Origin: Thecamonas trahens ATCC 50062
Lineage: Eukaryota; Protista; Apusomonadida
Length of the DNA stretch: 64,000 nt
Reading direction: 5' to 3'
Assembly: GCF_000142905.1 (NCBI RefSeq)
Contig: NW_013657656.1
Span: 217,758 to 281,757 of the forward strand
The notes under the pieces are model-generated. The model searched no databases and was not told where the DNA came from. It saw nothing but the letters and a program-made list of their open reading frames with translations. Positions within the stretch are counted from its first letter, which is position 1. Every line of letters starts with the position of its first letter. This document shows, piece after piece, positions 32,442 through 42,648 of this stretch. A program made the translations under genes and the position numbers.

Positions 32442-33258
32442 ATGGCTGAAGCAAGCAACTCGTGTCGCCGTGTGCTGGTCACCGGTGCGTCGGCAGGCAT
32501 TGGCCTTGCGGCAGCGCGCAGGTTTCTGGAGGATGGGGCTCGGGTGGCGCTGCTCGGCCGCAACAAGACGACCATGGCGGCGCTTGCCGAGGAGTTTCCC
32601 GAGTCGACGTCGGTCATCGGCGTGGATCTGGCCAAGGCCGATGCGGCGGCCGAGGCGGTGGTGAGTGCAGTTGAGGCGCTCGGCGGGCTCGACGTGGTCA
32701 TCAACAACGCAGGCGTGCTCGGCAAGCCCGGGTGTGCGCTGGAGGACATCGAGCTCGACGACTGGGCCGCGGTGATGAAGGTCAATCTCAAGGCGCCGTT
32801 TGTGGTCACCCAGGCCGCAGTACCGGCGCTGAAGGACTCGGCTGCAGCAGGTCGCTCGCCGGTGGTCATCAACATCTCGTCGCTCGCCGGTCGCCGAGCC
32901 TTTGCTGGCCTGCTGCCGTACTGCGTCTCCAAGGCCGCGCTCGATCAGCTGACCCAGTGCCTCGCGCTGGAGCTCGCCCCGAGGGCATCCGGGTCAACGC
33001 CATCCAGCCGGCCACCGTCCGCTCGTCCATTCTTCGCGACTCGATGAACTCGGTCGAGTATGAGGCCCATCTCGAGCGCTCTGCCGCTCTCCATCCGCTC
33101 GGCTTTACTGGCGAGCCCGAGGACGTGGCCGAGCTCATGCTGTTCATGGCTTCGCCAAAGGCCAAGTGGATGACCGGCGCCCTTGTCCCGCTCGACGGCG
33201 GCCGCTCGTTGGTCTGCTCGTCAGCAGGCTCTGGCTCGCTCTATGCCCACAAAAGTAA
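32442..33258 (+). CDS. Classical short-chain dehydrogenase/reductase; frameshift at 32977-32980, 3' end uncertain (33258 or 33454)
   Basis: TGASAGIG, NNAG, NISS, YCVSK; the second frame continues GIRVNAIQP...HPLG...EDVA...DGG. Confidence 0.88.
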
Positions 33259-33281
33259 ATGCAATATCATGGCGATCGCCG

Positions 33282-34515
33282 TCACGACGACGACGACGAC
33301 GATGATGATGATGATGATGACGATGACGACGACGAGCCGAGCTGTGACGACGATGATGACGACGACGACGACAAAACCGATGCACCGAGCAGCGATGAAC
33401 TCGATGAATTTCCGCGGCTGGACGAAGACAGCGACGACGATGATGACGAACTAGAGCTAGAGCTGGAGCCGTAACTCGAGCTCGAGCTGGACGAGCACGA
33501 GTCGAGCGAGCGCGAGAGTGTGGGCATGTAGCGGCGGTGGAGGACGCCGATGTTGTCGTCACCGCCGGACGTCTCCGACGAGAGACGCTCGGCCGGAAGG
33601 CCCTCCCACGAGACCGGTAGCTCGAGGAGATGGCGAAGCGAGAGATGGAAGACTAGCTTGCAGAAAGCCTTGAACTCAAGCCGGTCGACATACCCGTCCT
33701 CGCCGGTGTCATAGAAGCGAAAGGCGGCACGGATGAACCTGTTCGCAGGCATGTCCATGCCCAATGCCGACGAGATGCGGCTAACAACCTTCTTGAACTC
33801 GTCAATGTCGATGGTCCCGTTCCCGTCGATGTCCACCTCCCTGTACGCCTGGTCCGAGGCCTTGCGGAACCGGGACGGATCCGTCAGAGCCAGCTGTAGG
33901 TTGAGCCGCTCGATGCTGGACTCGATCTTCATAATCTCCAAGTCGAGGAGAATCTCCGCCAGCTGAGTCATGCCTTCGATGTCAATCTCAGGCTCTTCCT
34001 GCGAGAGATCGCTAAACGAGATCCGCAGCTCGTCCTCACTCGGCATGTACTGCTCCAACTCGAGCTCGGTCATGCGATCGTTGACGCAAGTCACAAACTC
34101 GTCAAACGACATGAGCCCGTCCGCATTGGAGTCGTACCGTCGAATGAACGCTTCTGCCATCGTCTCCCGTCGGATCTCATCCTTGATGGTCCCTCGGAGA
34201 TTCCTCAGCTCCTTGTACATCTCCTTGAGCAGGCGCTTATGCTCGGCCTTGTCGACACTATCCCCCCGCTCTCCGCTCTCTGTGAGCCGTCCTCCCCCTC
34301 CCCCCTCCGACGCACACGTACACGCACTCATAAACACACAGTCCATCCATCCATTCCACGTACTCGGTCAGTCCCAGGGCTTCCCTGTCGTCGTACGGCA
34401 GCCGTGTGTCCTCCAGGATGTCTGCATGGGTCATGAACCGCGGGTCCTTGGGCACCGACTTGCGCAGCGCTGCCGCCGCTAGCGCCGCCCCACCCAGCGC
34501 GCCCTGTGCACTCAT
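33282..34515 (-). CDS. EF-hand calcium-binding protein with poly-Ser tail; exons 34515-34364 and 34257-33282
   Basis: EF loops DSNADGLMSFDE, DIDGNGTIDIDE, DTGEDGYVDRLE; intron GTACGT...GGCTCAC...TAG in phase 2. Confidence 0.8.
34258..34363 (-). other. Spliceosomal intron, 106 nt, G-rich
   Basis: GTACGT donor, GCTCAC branch, TAG acceptor; GA+T forms an Asp codon. Confidence 0.7.
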
Positions 34516-34730
34516 ACGTCCTTGCCCTTGTACCCCCCTCCCTCCCTCCCTCCCTCCCTTTGTGGGAGTATGAGTGGGGTGTGTGGCAGTGGCATCGACT
34601 CACTCTGACATCATGTCCCCGCCTGTCCTCCCATGCCCCCCACCTGCCGTCACCGCACACCGTCACCCACCACCACCCCACCCATCACCACCACCACCAC
34701 CACCACCACCACCACCCACCCACAGCCACC

Positions 34731-37700
34731 ATGCCGGGCGGGATAAGTCTCAATGCGCTCCTAGCCGACGGTGAGGCTGCTGAGAGCATACGGCGGGCTC
34801 GCGAGCTGTCCATGGCCGTAAGGGTGACCACTCGCAGGGTGGGCGGCAAGCTGCTTCCGCCCTCCTTCACCGGTGCTGATGCCGTCGACTATGCCATGGC
34901 TGCAGGCTGGGCGCCCACCCGATCGGCGGCGCAGGACGTGCTGTCGCCGCTTGTCGACATGGGCTTTGTCACGCGCCTCGATGCCCATGCGCGTGGGGCT
35001 GGGGCGGGCCGCTTTGTCGACGGCAACGCGTACTACGCCTTTGACAACGCAGCGCTCTCCGTTGGCGAGTCGGCAGCGTCGCAAGCCCAGCAGAACCTGG
35101 CGATCTTACAGGACTACACCGCCGAGACCAGTGTTGAAGACGCTGTTGCTGCTGCTCTTGACGCCGTCTTTGCCCTTGACGTCCTGCCCAAGAACCCGTA
35201 CTACTCGCTCATCGCCGATCTGCGTCCGCTAGAGCAGCGGTACATTATGGCCGACGGTCGGCCGTACGACGAGCTCGTAACCGCGCTCAAGACACCGACC
35301 GCGATCCCTGATCCGGACACTGGGATCACCCATCCCGAGGGCAACTTTGACGTCTGGGGCCTTGCCTCGGTCCTCCGCGCGACCTCGCCGCTTGCCCTCT
35401 CCACCCTCGCAAAGGCGCTCGGTCCGCTGCTCGCCCATGTCAACCTGGCGCTGCCTGGTGGCGGCAGTGTCCCGGTCTACACTGCCTTGGTTGGGCCGCA
35501 CGTCTTTGCGCATGCCGTGATCACCCACCCCGGCGCTCCGCTGCGGCTGAAGCAGGAGCTCTTCTTCGAGTCCGACTCCATCGAGGCGGTCCTCGACCAC
35601 TTTGCCACTTACCTCCGCAACACGGCGCTGGCCGTCATTGACGGCCCGGGAGCAAATGGCGACTCGCCGCCGCCAGATCTACTGGCACCGCCGGCTGAGG
35701 TCTTGCCCGAGTGGCAGGCGCTGATGTTTGTCGGCTGTCACGTCGCCGCCACCGATCGGACCAAGACCAAGCCGCGCAAGTGGACAGCCGGCGAGATCCG
35801 CGACCAGCGCCGGGCCTTTGTCTCCAAGGTCAAGGCCGCCGTCATTGATCAAGGCGCGCTGCACATGGAGCTAGTGTGGATTCCGCCCAAGTCGCGTGTG
35901 GCTGCCGGCGGCAGCAGCTCAGTCGGCCGTCGCCGCAGAAAGCGGGTCCGCCGCCGCGTCGCCCGCCTTACCGCCTCGGGCAAGCCGCCCGTAGGCGAGT
36001 ACTCGCCAGTCCCGGTCCGCATTTTCCTCGAGTTTGGCCTCCACGTTTGCAACGCGACAACAGGCGCGAGCCAGCACTTTGCATCGCGACCGCTTGCCAC
36101 TCTTCTGCACGGCGTGTTCTTCTCGAAACGCGATGCTGAGAGCTATGTTCGCAAATGTCTTGGAACGTCTGGAGCTAGATCGGTCGAGGCCGCGCAAGCC
36201 GACGCCGACGGCACCGCCACCCGAGCTGCGCAGCTGGCCGCTGAGGCCGCTGCTGCCGCCCAGTCGCCGGTTGTCTTCCAGAATGCGCTTGAAGCCGCAA
36301 CCCATGCCCAACGCGAGGAGATCATGACCCGTCTTCATGCCGCGCTACCACGCGGCGACGTCCTGGCTGTTTTCTACCTTGCGCTGCTATATATGCTCAC
36401 ACTGCCGTCGGCTGCAGCCGCGCCGCTCATGCCCTCGCTCTACCACCTGTTTCGGTCGTCGGCAGCGCGGCTGGCCGCCATCAACGAGATCAACGCGCTC
36501 CTGTCCGCCATCGTGAGCGACTGTCTCGCCGACCCGCGGCTCGGCTCAGAGCTTGGCCTTCTTTTTGGTGCTTACGCTGATGAGCTCATCCACGTTCTTG
36601 CCATGTCAGCATCGTCCGAGTTTGTCCACGTCCGCACTCGCGTCGCCGACACGCTAGCCGGAGTCCTCCGCCAGCCCAAGAACCGAGTCCACACCGGAAC
36701 GGCTGTAGTGCTGGCAAGACTAGCGACAACGACCAAGCTGCTGTCTATTGCGGTCGCAACCGACGCTGCAGCCGCAGGTCAAGATGTTCAGACTGCGCTC
36801 CTGGACTGGATGCGCAGTCACACCGAGCTCCTCAACCGGTTGACCGAAGACGCAGCCGCGGCGGCAGCAGCGCGAGTTTCGACTGGCATCGATGCCGGTT
36901 CCGGCGCCAAGTTTGCGGCGGCGGCGGCGGCGCCGCGCGGAACGGCACAAGCCGATGCTGATGACCGACCAAGCTCCAGCGTACCGGAGCCTCGGCGGGC
37001 GGCAGTGCCCGACCGTCCACGTGCTGCTCGTGCCCGTGGAACGGGTGAGCTCTTCGGCATGGACGGCGGCGTCCGCGGCGGTGGGCCGAGGTCCGAGTTG
37101 CCTAGCCTCCCGAGCTCCGCCGACGAGCCGGCGTCGGTAGTGCTGTGGCACGAGGTGGTGGCGAGCCTTGCTGCTGAGCCGTCGGTCGAGCGCCATGTCA
37201 TCTACGTGGCCGAGGCGGTGAAGCGAAACATGCGAACTGCAGCGACACCTGTGGCGATTGCGCGCGAGGGCGTGCTATTGCAGTACGTGGTCGATACCGG
37301 CCTGGACAACGTGCTGAAGGAGATGTGGATGGAGCTGTTTACTGGTGAGCTACTCCCGCCGAACCCTTACCCGCATGTGGTGCAGCGACTCAAGCGTGGG
37401 CTGCTCATGTTTGACATTTACGCGGAGACCGACGAGCAGGTGCGAGCGTTCCTGCTACAGCCGACAACGCTTGTAGATGAGCGGACGCAGGTGTACTGTG
37501 CCGCCGAAGCTGACGCTGTGGTGTATGGCACGTTTGCCGCGGTCAAGCTCGCGTCGCCGGCCGCGGTGAGAGCGCTGCTTGTGGAGCTTGGCGACGCCGC
37601 CAACGCGCAGATCATTCCGACGCTCGGCAACGCATCGGCAACTATCTCGACCGGACTGGCCGGTCGGACGTGCCTCTACGGTAAGCTGTACAAGCATGTA

Positions 37701-38669
37701 ACCTCGCTGCATGTGGTGGAGAACTACTACGTCTCAGGGCCCGAGTTCTTTGAGGCGCTCGAGCTCTTTGTCCGCAACGTCTTCTCGAACGTCGTCTTTC
37801 TCCACGACGAGTCGCCGCATGTGGTGCGCAAGCTAGCGCTCGGCGCGAGCGAGTGGACGCCTTCGGCGATGAAGGCGAACCTGAAGGATTTTATCCGTGC
37901 AACGCAGCGGGCGGTCGAGGCTGCCGACGGCGTTGTCCTCGACCTGCTGTTTGTTGTGGGAACACAGTACGTGAAGATGGCAAAAGAGTTTCGGTTCCAC
38001 CACGTGGTCGGCTCTGGAGATGCCGGTACCGATCATTACGCGCCGTTTGACATTGTGGACCTCTACTTTACGGTCTACTTTTCGGCCGAAAAGGCGAGCA
38101 CTGCGGTGGGTTACGCCGAGCTTAACGGCCGAATCGACGCTCGGAGCAACATCAAGGCTGTCGGCTCTGCGCTGAGACGATCGGTCGGCGACGCAATGGC
38201 GGAGCACGATGTGGTGACGGCGCTAGAGCGCCTGGTGCAGTACCTGGTGGTGCGCGGCGAGACGGCGTTGCTGCCTGCGCTGGCGCGGGTGCTCAACTCG
38301 CCCGTGGCCCGCATCCGGCATCTGGCGTCGATGGTGGGCGTTCTGCGGTCGCTCATTGTCGAGTGGGGCTCGCTGAGACTCGGTGTGCGGCTCAACGTTG
38401 TGGCGGCAATGATCCACGAGCTCACCTATCGGCTCAACGAGTTCCTGCAGTCGGAGAAGGGCGTGTACATGCAGGGGACCGGGGCGTATGTGGAGCACCT
38501 GCTGAGTGGACTGGTCGACCCGATCAAGCACCCGGTGCTCACACCCGACAGTGCCGATGCGCTTGCAGAGCTCGCAGAACTGCTGGCAATGATCGAGAAC
38601 GATGTGGCCGGGACAATGCTCGAGCTCGAGCCGGCGCTGCTTGGGGTGCTGTATGCGGTGGCCAAGTAA
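34731..38669 (+). CDS. DEP-domain protein with two internally duplicated modules, each starting with a Dpy-30/RIIa-like motif
   Basis: DEP: RRVGGKLLPPSFTGADAVDY...TRSAA...LVDMGFV...FVDGNAYYAF; repeats LPKNPY and LPPNPY. Confidence 0.75.
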   Translation: MPGGISLNALLADGEAAESIRRARELSMAVRVTTRRVGGKLLPPSFTGADAVDYAMAAGWAPTRSAAQDVLSPLVDMGFVTRLDAHARGAGAGRFVDGNAYYAFDNAALSVGESAASQAQQNLAILQDYTAETSVEDAVAAALDAVFALDVLPKNPYYSLIADLRPLEQRYIMADGRPYDELVTALKTPTAIPDPDTGITHPEGNFDVWGLASVLRATSPLALSTLAKALGPLLAHVNLALPGGGSVPVYTALVGPHVFAHAVITHPGAPLRLKQELFFESDSIEAVLDHFATYLRNTALAVIDGPGANGDSPPPDLLAPPAEVLPEWQALMFVGCHVAATDRTKTKPRKWTAGEIRDQRRAFVSKVKAAVIDQGALHMELVWIPPKSRVAAGGSSSVGRRRRKRVRRRVARLTASGKPPVGEYSPVPVRIFLEFGLHVCNATTGASQHFASRPLATLLHGVFFSKRDAESYVRKCLGTSGARSVEAAQADADGTATRAAQLAAEAAAAAQSPVVFQNALEAATHAQREEIMTRLHAALPRGDVLAVFYLALLYMLTLPSAAAAPLMPSLYHLFRSSAARLAAINEINALLSAIVSDCLADPRLGSELGLLFGAYADELIHVLAMSASSEFVHVRTRVADTLAGVLRQPKNRVHTGTAVVLARLATTTKLLSIAVATDAAAAGQDVQTALLDWMRSHTELLNRLTEDAAAAAAARVSTGIDAGSGAKFAAAAAAPRGTAQADADDRPSSSVPEPRRAAVPDRPRAARARGTGELFGMDGGVRGGGPRSELPSLPSSADEPASVVLWHEVVASLAAEPSVERHVIYVAEAVKRNMRTAATPVAIAREGVLLQYVVDTGLDNVLKEMWMELFTGELLPPNPYPHVVQRLKRGLLMFDIYAETDEQVRAFLLQPTTLVDERTQVYCAAEADAVVYGTFAAVKLASPAAVRALLVELGDAANAQIIPTLGNASATISTGLAGRTCLYGKLYKHVTSLHVVENYYVSGPEFFEALELFVRNVFSNVVFLHDESPHVVRKLALGASEWTPSAMKANLKDFIRATQRAVEAADGVVLDLLFVVGTQYVKMAKEFRFHHVVGSGDAGTDHYAPFDIVDLYFTVYFSAEKASTAVGYAELNGRIDARSNIKAVGSALRRSVGDAMAEHDVVTALERLVQYLVVRGETALLPALARVLNSPVARIRHLASMVGVLRSLIVEWGSLRLGVRLNVVAAMIHELTYRLNEFLQSEKGVYMQGTGAYVEHLLSGLVDPIKHPVLTPDSADALAELAELLAMIENDVAGTMLELEPALLGVLYAVAK

Positions 38670-38674
38670 GCCGT

Positions 38675-39379
38675 TTACGCCCGAGGTGGGTGGTACGACG
38701 GGTCGAGGTCGACGTCGAGGAGCCTGAGCTTGGAATCCGGCACGGGCCAGTTGCGCTCGACAACCATTTCGGTGATGAGCGGCGGATCGGCAATCATGCG
38801 CATGCCCGGCTGGTCCTTGGCGGGCAAGTTTGCCATCTTGTCGGCGAGCTCGAGACCCTCGACGACGACGCCAAAGACAGTGTAGCCCGGCGAGTTTGCG
38901 TTCTTGTCGAGATGCGGAGCGTCGCCAAGGAGAATGAAGAAGTCTGTAGAGGCCGAGTCGGGGTCATCCCAGCGGGCAGCGTTGATGCCGCCGCGCTTGT
39001 TGAGCACGCCGTACTCGAGCGGGATGTTGCCGTAGGGCGAGGCGCGGCGCTCGCCGTCTGCTGTGACAGGGCCGGTCTGGAGGCCGAACCCGGGCTCGCC
39101 GCGGTAGAAGATGGCGCCGTCGAAGAGGCCATCTTCGATGAGATCGGCAAAGCGCGCGCAGTGCTGGGGCGCATGTTCGTTCAGCATGACCCACCGGATG
39201 GTCCCATACCTGGTCACCATCTTGACCGTGTCGCGCAAGGTCTGCGGCGGCGGTGACGGTGCTCGACTCGGCGGCGGGACTGGCGGCGGGTTGGCCAACG
39301 ACATCATGGTGCTCGTAAAGTAACACAGATACATGACCAGTACGCATGCAAAGCATGCCAGCATCTGGTTTGACCGCAT
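38675..39379 (-). CDS. Cyclophilin-type peptidyl-prolyl isomerase with N-terminal signal anchor (plant CYP23-like)
   Basis: APQHCARF, FYRGEPGFGLQTG, ARWDDPDSASTDFFILLGDAPHLD, YTVFGVVVEG. Confidence 0.85.
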   Translation of the reverse strand: MRSNQMLACFACVLVMYLCYFTSTMMSLANPPPVPPPSRAPSPPPQTLRDTVKMVTRYGTIRWVMLNEHAPQHCARFADLIEDGLFDGAIFYRGEPGFGLQTGPVTADGERRASPYGNIPLEYGVLNKRGGINAARWDDPDSASTDFFILLGDAPHLDKNANSPGYTVFGVVVEGLELADKMANLPAKDQPGMRMIADPPLITEMVVERNWPVPDSKLRLLDVDLDPSYHPPRA

Positions 39380-39544
39380 GCTGTCGCTGCCGAGGCCCAG
39401 AGTGAGGTGGGTCGGTTTCCGGTTGCGGCCGAGGCTCGGGACGCTTGACGGCCGGTGGCTGACAGGTCCTCGCGGGAGAAGTAAGAGGCAGATCGGCCCA
39501 TCGTGTGTTCATTGGAGGCGGGGGGGGGGGGGGGGGGGCGTATT

Positions 39545-40501
39545 CTACGCATCGGCATGGTACTCCAGCACTTCGGCGTGCTCTTCAAGAAACGGCATGC
39601 GTGCAGTGAGAGAGGAGAGGCGCTCGTGGGCGGCGAGGGCGGCGTCAAAGTCCTCGGCAGCAACGGCCTGAGCTTTGTCGGCCTCGACGGCAGCGATGGC
39701 CTCGGCCCGCTGCTTGAAGACCTTGGCGACAAGAAAAGCCTCGCGGGCGATGCACTCGGCCTTGGCCGCGCCCAACTCGGAGAGGGTGAGCGGCTCCTCG
39801 GCCACGGTGGAGAAGGAGGGTAGAGCGGCGACCATGCCTCGGGCAGTGCGAACCGGGACAATGGCGTCGCGCGGCGGCGGGGCCAGTCCCGACTGCGTCG
39901 GCGCGTCGTCGCTGTCTGTGCTCTCATTGCTGAGCGGCGGTGGACCGGCGGCAGCTGCCGGTGCAGCGTGTGGGCGAGGACTGGCCCGCGGCGATGCGGC
40001 ACGGAGCTCCTCCAGCCGGGCGCGCTCGGTGGCAAGGTCCAGCTTGCGTCGCTCCGACTCGGTCTCGATGGCGAGGCGGGTGAGCGAGGCGGCTTCGCGC
40101 TGGACGGTGACCCGCATCAGCTGCGCCTCGACTCGGGCGAGTGCGTCCTCGCGGGCGCGTACGTAGCGGGCGTAGTCACGCTCAGAAGCAAGGGCCATGA
40201 CCTGGCTCTCGGCCTCGAGGACAACAGCATCAACGTCGCCGAGTGCAGCGTCGACAGCAGCGACAGTAGCCGCCAGCCGTGTCATCCGCGCTGACGCCTC
40301 CTCCAGTTCCTGGAGCACTTCGGGCAGCTGCGCGAGTGCCGATCGCAAGGCGAGGATGTCCGCCACGGCGTTTGCCGCCTGCACATCGACCGCCTTGGCG
40401 GACTTGGCCACCGCTGCCGCGCTCGCCGCCACTGCCGCGGTACGAGCCTCCAGTGCGGCCGCCGAGTGTGACGACGCCGCCGACAGTGCTGCACCCGCCA
40501 C
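39545..40501 (-). CDS. Dysbindin (BLOC-1 subunit)-like coiled coil plus C-terminal UVR-like motif; first exon lost in gap
   Basis: LAQLPEVLQELE..MTRL..VDAAL aligns with dysbindin LQQLPALIADLE..LTHL..VENNL; KAQAVAAEDFDAA is UVR-like; GGCTCAC...CGCAG acceptor at 40502. Confidence 0.6.
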   Translation of the reverse strand: MAGAALSAASSHSAAALEARTAAVAASAAAVAKSAKAVDVQAANAVADILALRSALAQLPEVLQELEEASARMTRLAATVAAVDAALGDVDAVVLEAESQVMALASERDYARYVRAREDALARVEAQLMRVTVQREAASLTRLAIETESERRKLDLATERARLEELRAASPRASPRPHAAPAAAAGPPPLSNESTDSDDAPTQSGLAPPPRDAIVPVRTARGMVAALPSFSTVAEEPLTLSELGAAKAECIAREAFLVAKVFKQRAEAIAAVEADKAQAVAAEDFDAALAAHERLSSLTARMPFLEEHAEVLEYHADA

Positions 40502-41163
40502 CTGCGGGTGGAACTCGCCAGCCGGCAACGTGAGCCGCCCNNNNNNNNNNNNNNNNNNNNNNNNNNNNNNNNNNNNNNNNNNNNNNNNNNNNNNNNNNNN
40601 NNNNNNNNNNNNNNNNNNNNNNNNNNNNNNNNNNNNNNNNNNNNNNNNNNNNNNNNNNNNNNNNNNNNNNNNNNNNNNNNNNNNNNNNNNNNNNNNNNNN
40701 NNNNNNNNNNNNNNNNNNNNNNNNNNNNNNNNNNNNNNNNNNNNNNNNNNNNNNNNNNNNNNNNNNNNNNNNNNNNNNNNNNNNNNNNNNNNNNCCCGCG
40801 CTCGACCCGACTATCGCTAGTGCCTCGCCGCTGCGATCCGCCCCTCCTTGTTGTTTTTTTTAGATCGAAGTGTGCTCCACGCGTTAAGTTGGAAGTGGTG
40901 GGGGTGGGTGAGGTGCTGGTGCTGGTGCTGGGCGGGGGAGGCGCTCGCGCTTGCCTCTAACTAGCCTGAGGGGGCAGGCACCACACATAGCATCCGCTCG
41001 GCTGTCCGAGTGACGGTGGCGGGTGCGATATGGACTGGGATCGAACATCATTGGATGCTGTGTGGCCATAGTCGTTCGTTCAGGGGCTTGGTGGTGGCTA
41101 CTGGCGGGGGTTGGGGCTGCTGACGGTGGCATTCGTCTCTCTGCTCAGCTTGGGGACTGCGAC

Positions 41164-42648
41164 ATGCCCTCGCCAACCACGACTGTATTGGCACTTGCTG
41201 CACTGCTGGTGGCGGTGTATGTGGCACAGTGGTCACCAGTGCCTTGTGTACTCCATCCCCATGCCGCCGCAACGGTCTCGGCCATGATTGCCCTCGCCGA
41301 GTCGGAGTCTCTGCCGCTGTACAGCTCGTTTGCCGAGGCGAACGAGGCTGGCCTGCCTGGGAGAATCAATGTTTCTGTCCTGGCGGAGAGCAAGGTGCTG
41401 GAGCGGTTGCAGGCTATCTACGATCCACCCTTTGGCCTCGTCGACATCAAGATCCAAGCCTACCGCGACTCGCCGGTCTTTGTCTTTGCCCACGGCTCGG
41501 ACGGCGATCGGACGGCGCCTCGGCCCATGGCCATGCTGGATGATGTCATGGCCGCCCACGCTCCGCGGACCTTCTCGTTCAAGTCGGTAGCCGGCAAGGT
41601 GCTGGGCGATGCAATCAAGAGCGGGTGCGGGAAGAGCGCCGACGGCGAGTATGTCTACCACGCGACGTCGATTGTCAACTCGCCAGTCCATGGCCTGCAG
41701 TTGGCGCACATATTGGATGTACTTGGGGGCTCCTTCGCTCCGCTCGTCTCCAACTCGCCGCGCATGCCGCATGTCCAAGTCTGGGCTGGTGGCATTGGCT
41801 CGGTCTCACACACCCACATTGACGACTACGCCAACGCGTACATCCAGATCTCTGGCTCCAAGTCCGTGCTCCTCTCGCCGCCGGCCGCCCACACTGTGCT
41901 CCACACCTTTCCTTACCTCCATCCCGGCCACCTGCAGTCGCAGGTCTTCCTCCACCTCCCACACAACGAGACACTTCTTCCGCACTTTGATCCTGCCCGC
42001 CGCATTCCGGGCTCGGTATTGGCCAACGTCAGCGCTGGCGATGTGCTGTTCATCCCGCCGCTCTGGTTCCACACCGTTGTCGCAACCTCGGTCGACTCGA
42101 TCTCGCTCTCGGTCTGGTCGCCATCGCCGCCATCGGCTGCGGTCAACAGGGTTCTCGCCCGCGACTTTCCGCTCTGGGACGCCGACCACTACGACCGCGA
42201 CTCGCGGCTGGCCTTTGCGCTCGACCTCCTGGGACCGATTGTCGACGCTGCCCTCGTTGGCAACGGGTATGACTCGCGCGCCCAAGTCTACACCGCTCTG
42301 CTTGAAGAACGGTACGCTCCGCTCCTTGCTCAGGGCATGACCTCGCTACTTCCTGTCGACGACGCCGAGCTCGGCCGCTGCGGCTTTGCGGCGCACAAGG
42401 TTGCGGAACGAGGCGCCGCCGCCCGTGCTGCAGCCAACGAGCTCCCGCTCGAATCGGAGGACGCCGATTATGCTGAACGCGCCAACGCCGCCCTCGCCAG
42501 CGTCGACGATGTTTCTGGCGCCCGCACCCTCTACACTTTCAACATCATTGAGCGAGTGCTCGAGGCTGCGGGTGGCGTCGACATCGTCGCCGCCGTCCTG
42601 CGCGACAACGGAGACCCGAGCTGCATCCAAGCTCAGCGAAAGGCGTAG
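41164..42648 (+). CDS. JmjC (cupin-8) 2-oxoglutarate oxygenase with N-terminal signal peptide or anchor
   Basis: VWAGGIGSVSHTHID (HxD), QISGSK, AGDVLFIPPLWFHTV; hydrophobic N-terminus. Confidence 0.85.
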   Translation: MPSPTTTVLALAALLVAVYVAQWSPVPCVLHPHAAATVSAMIALAESESLPLYSSFAEANEAGLPGRINVSVLAESKVLERLQAIYDPPFGLVDIKIQAYRDSPVFVFAHGSDGDRTAPRPMAMLDDVMAAHAPRTFSFKSVAGKVLGDAIKSGCGKSADGEYVYHATSIVNSPVHGLQLAHILDVLGGSFAPLVSNSPRMPHVQVWAGGIGSVSHTHIDDYANAYIQISGSKSVLLSPPAAHTVLHTFPYLHPGHLQSQVFLHLPHNETLLPHFDPARRIPGSVLANVSAGDVLFIPPLWFHTVVATSVDSISLSVWSPSPPSAAVNRVLARDFPLWDADHYDRDSRLAFALDLLGPIVDAALVGNGYDSRAQVYTALLEERYAPLLAQGMTSLLPVDDAELGRCGFAAHKVAERGAAARAAANELPLESEDADYAERANAALASVDDVSGARTLYTFNIIERVLEAAGGVDIVAAVLRDNGDPSCIQAQRKA

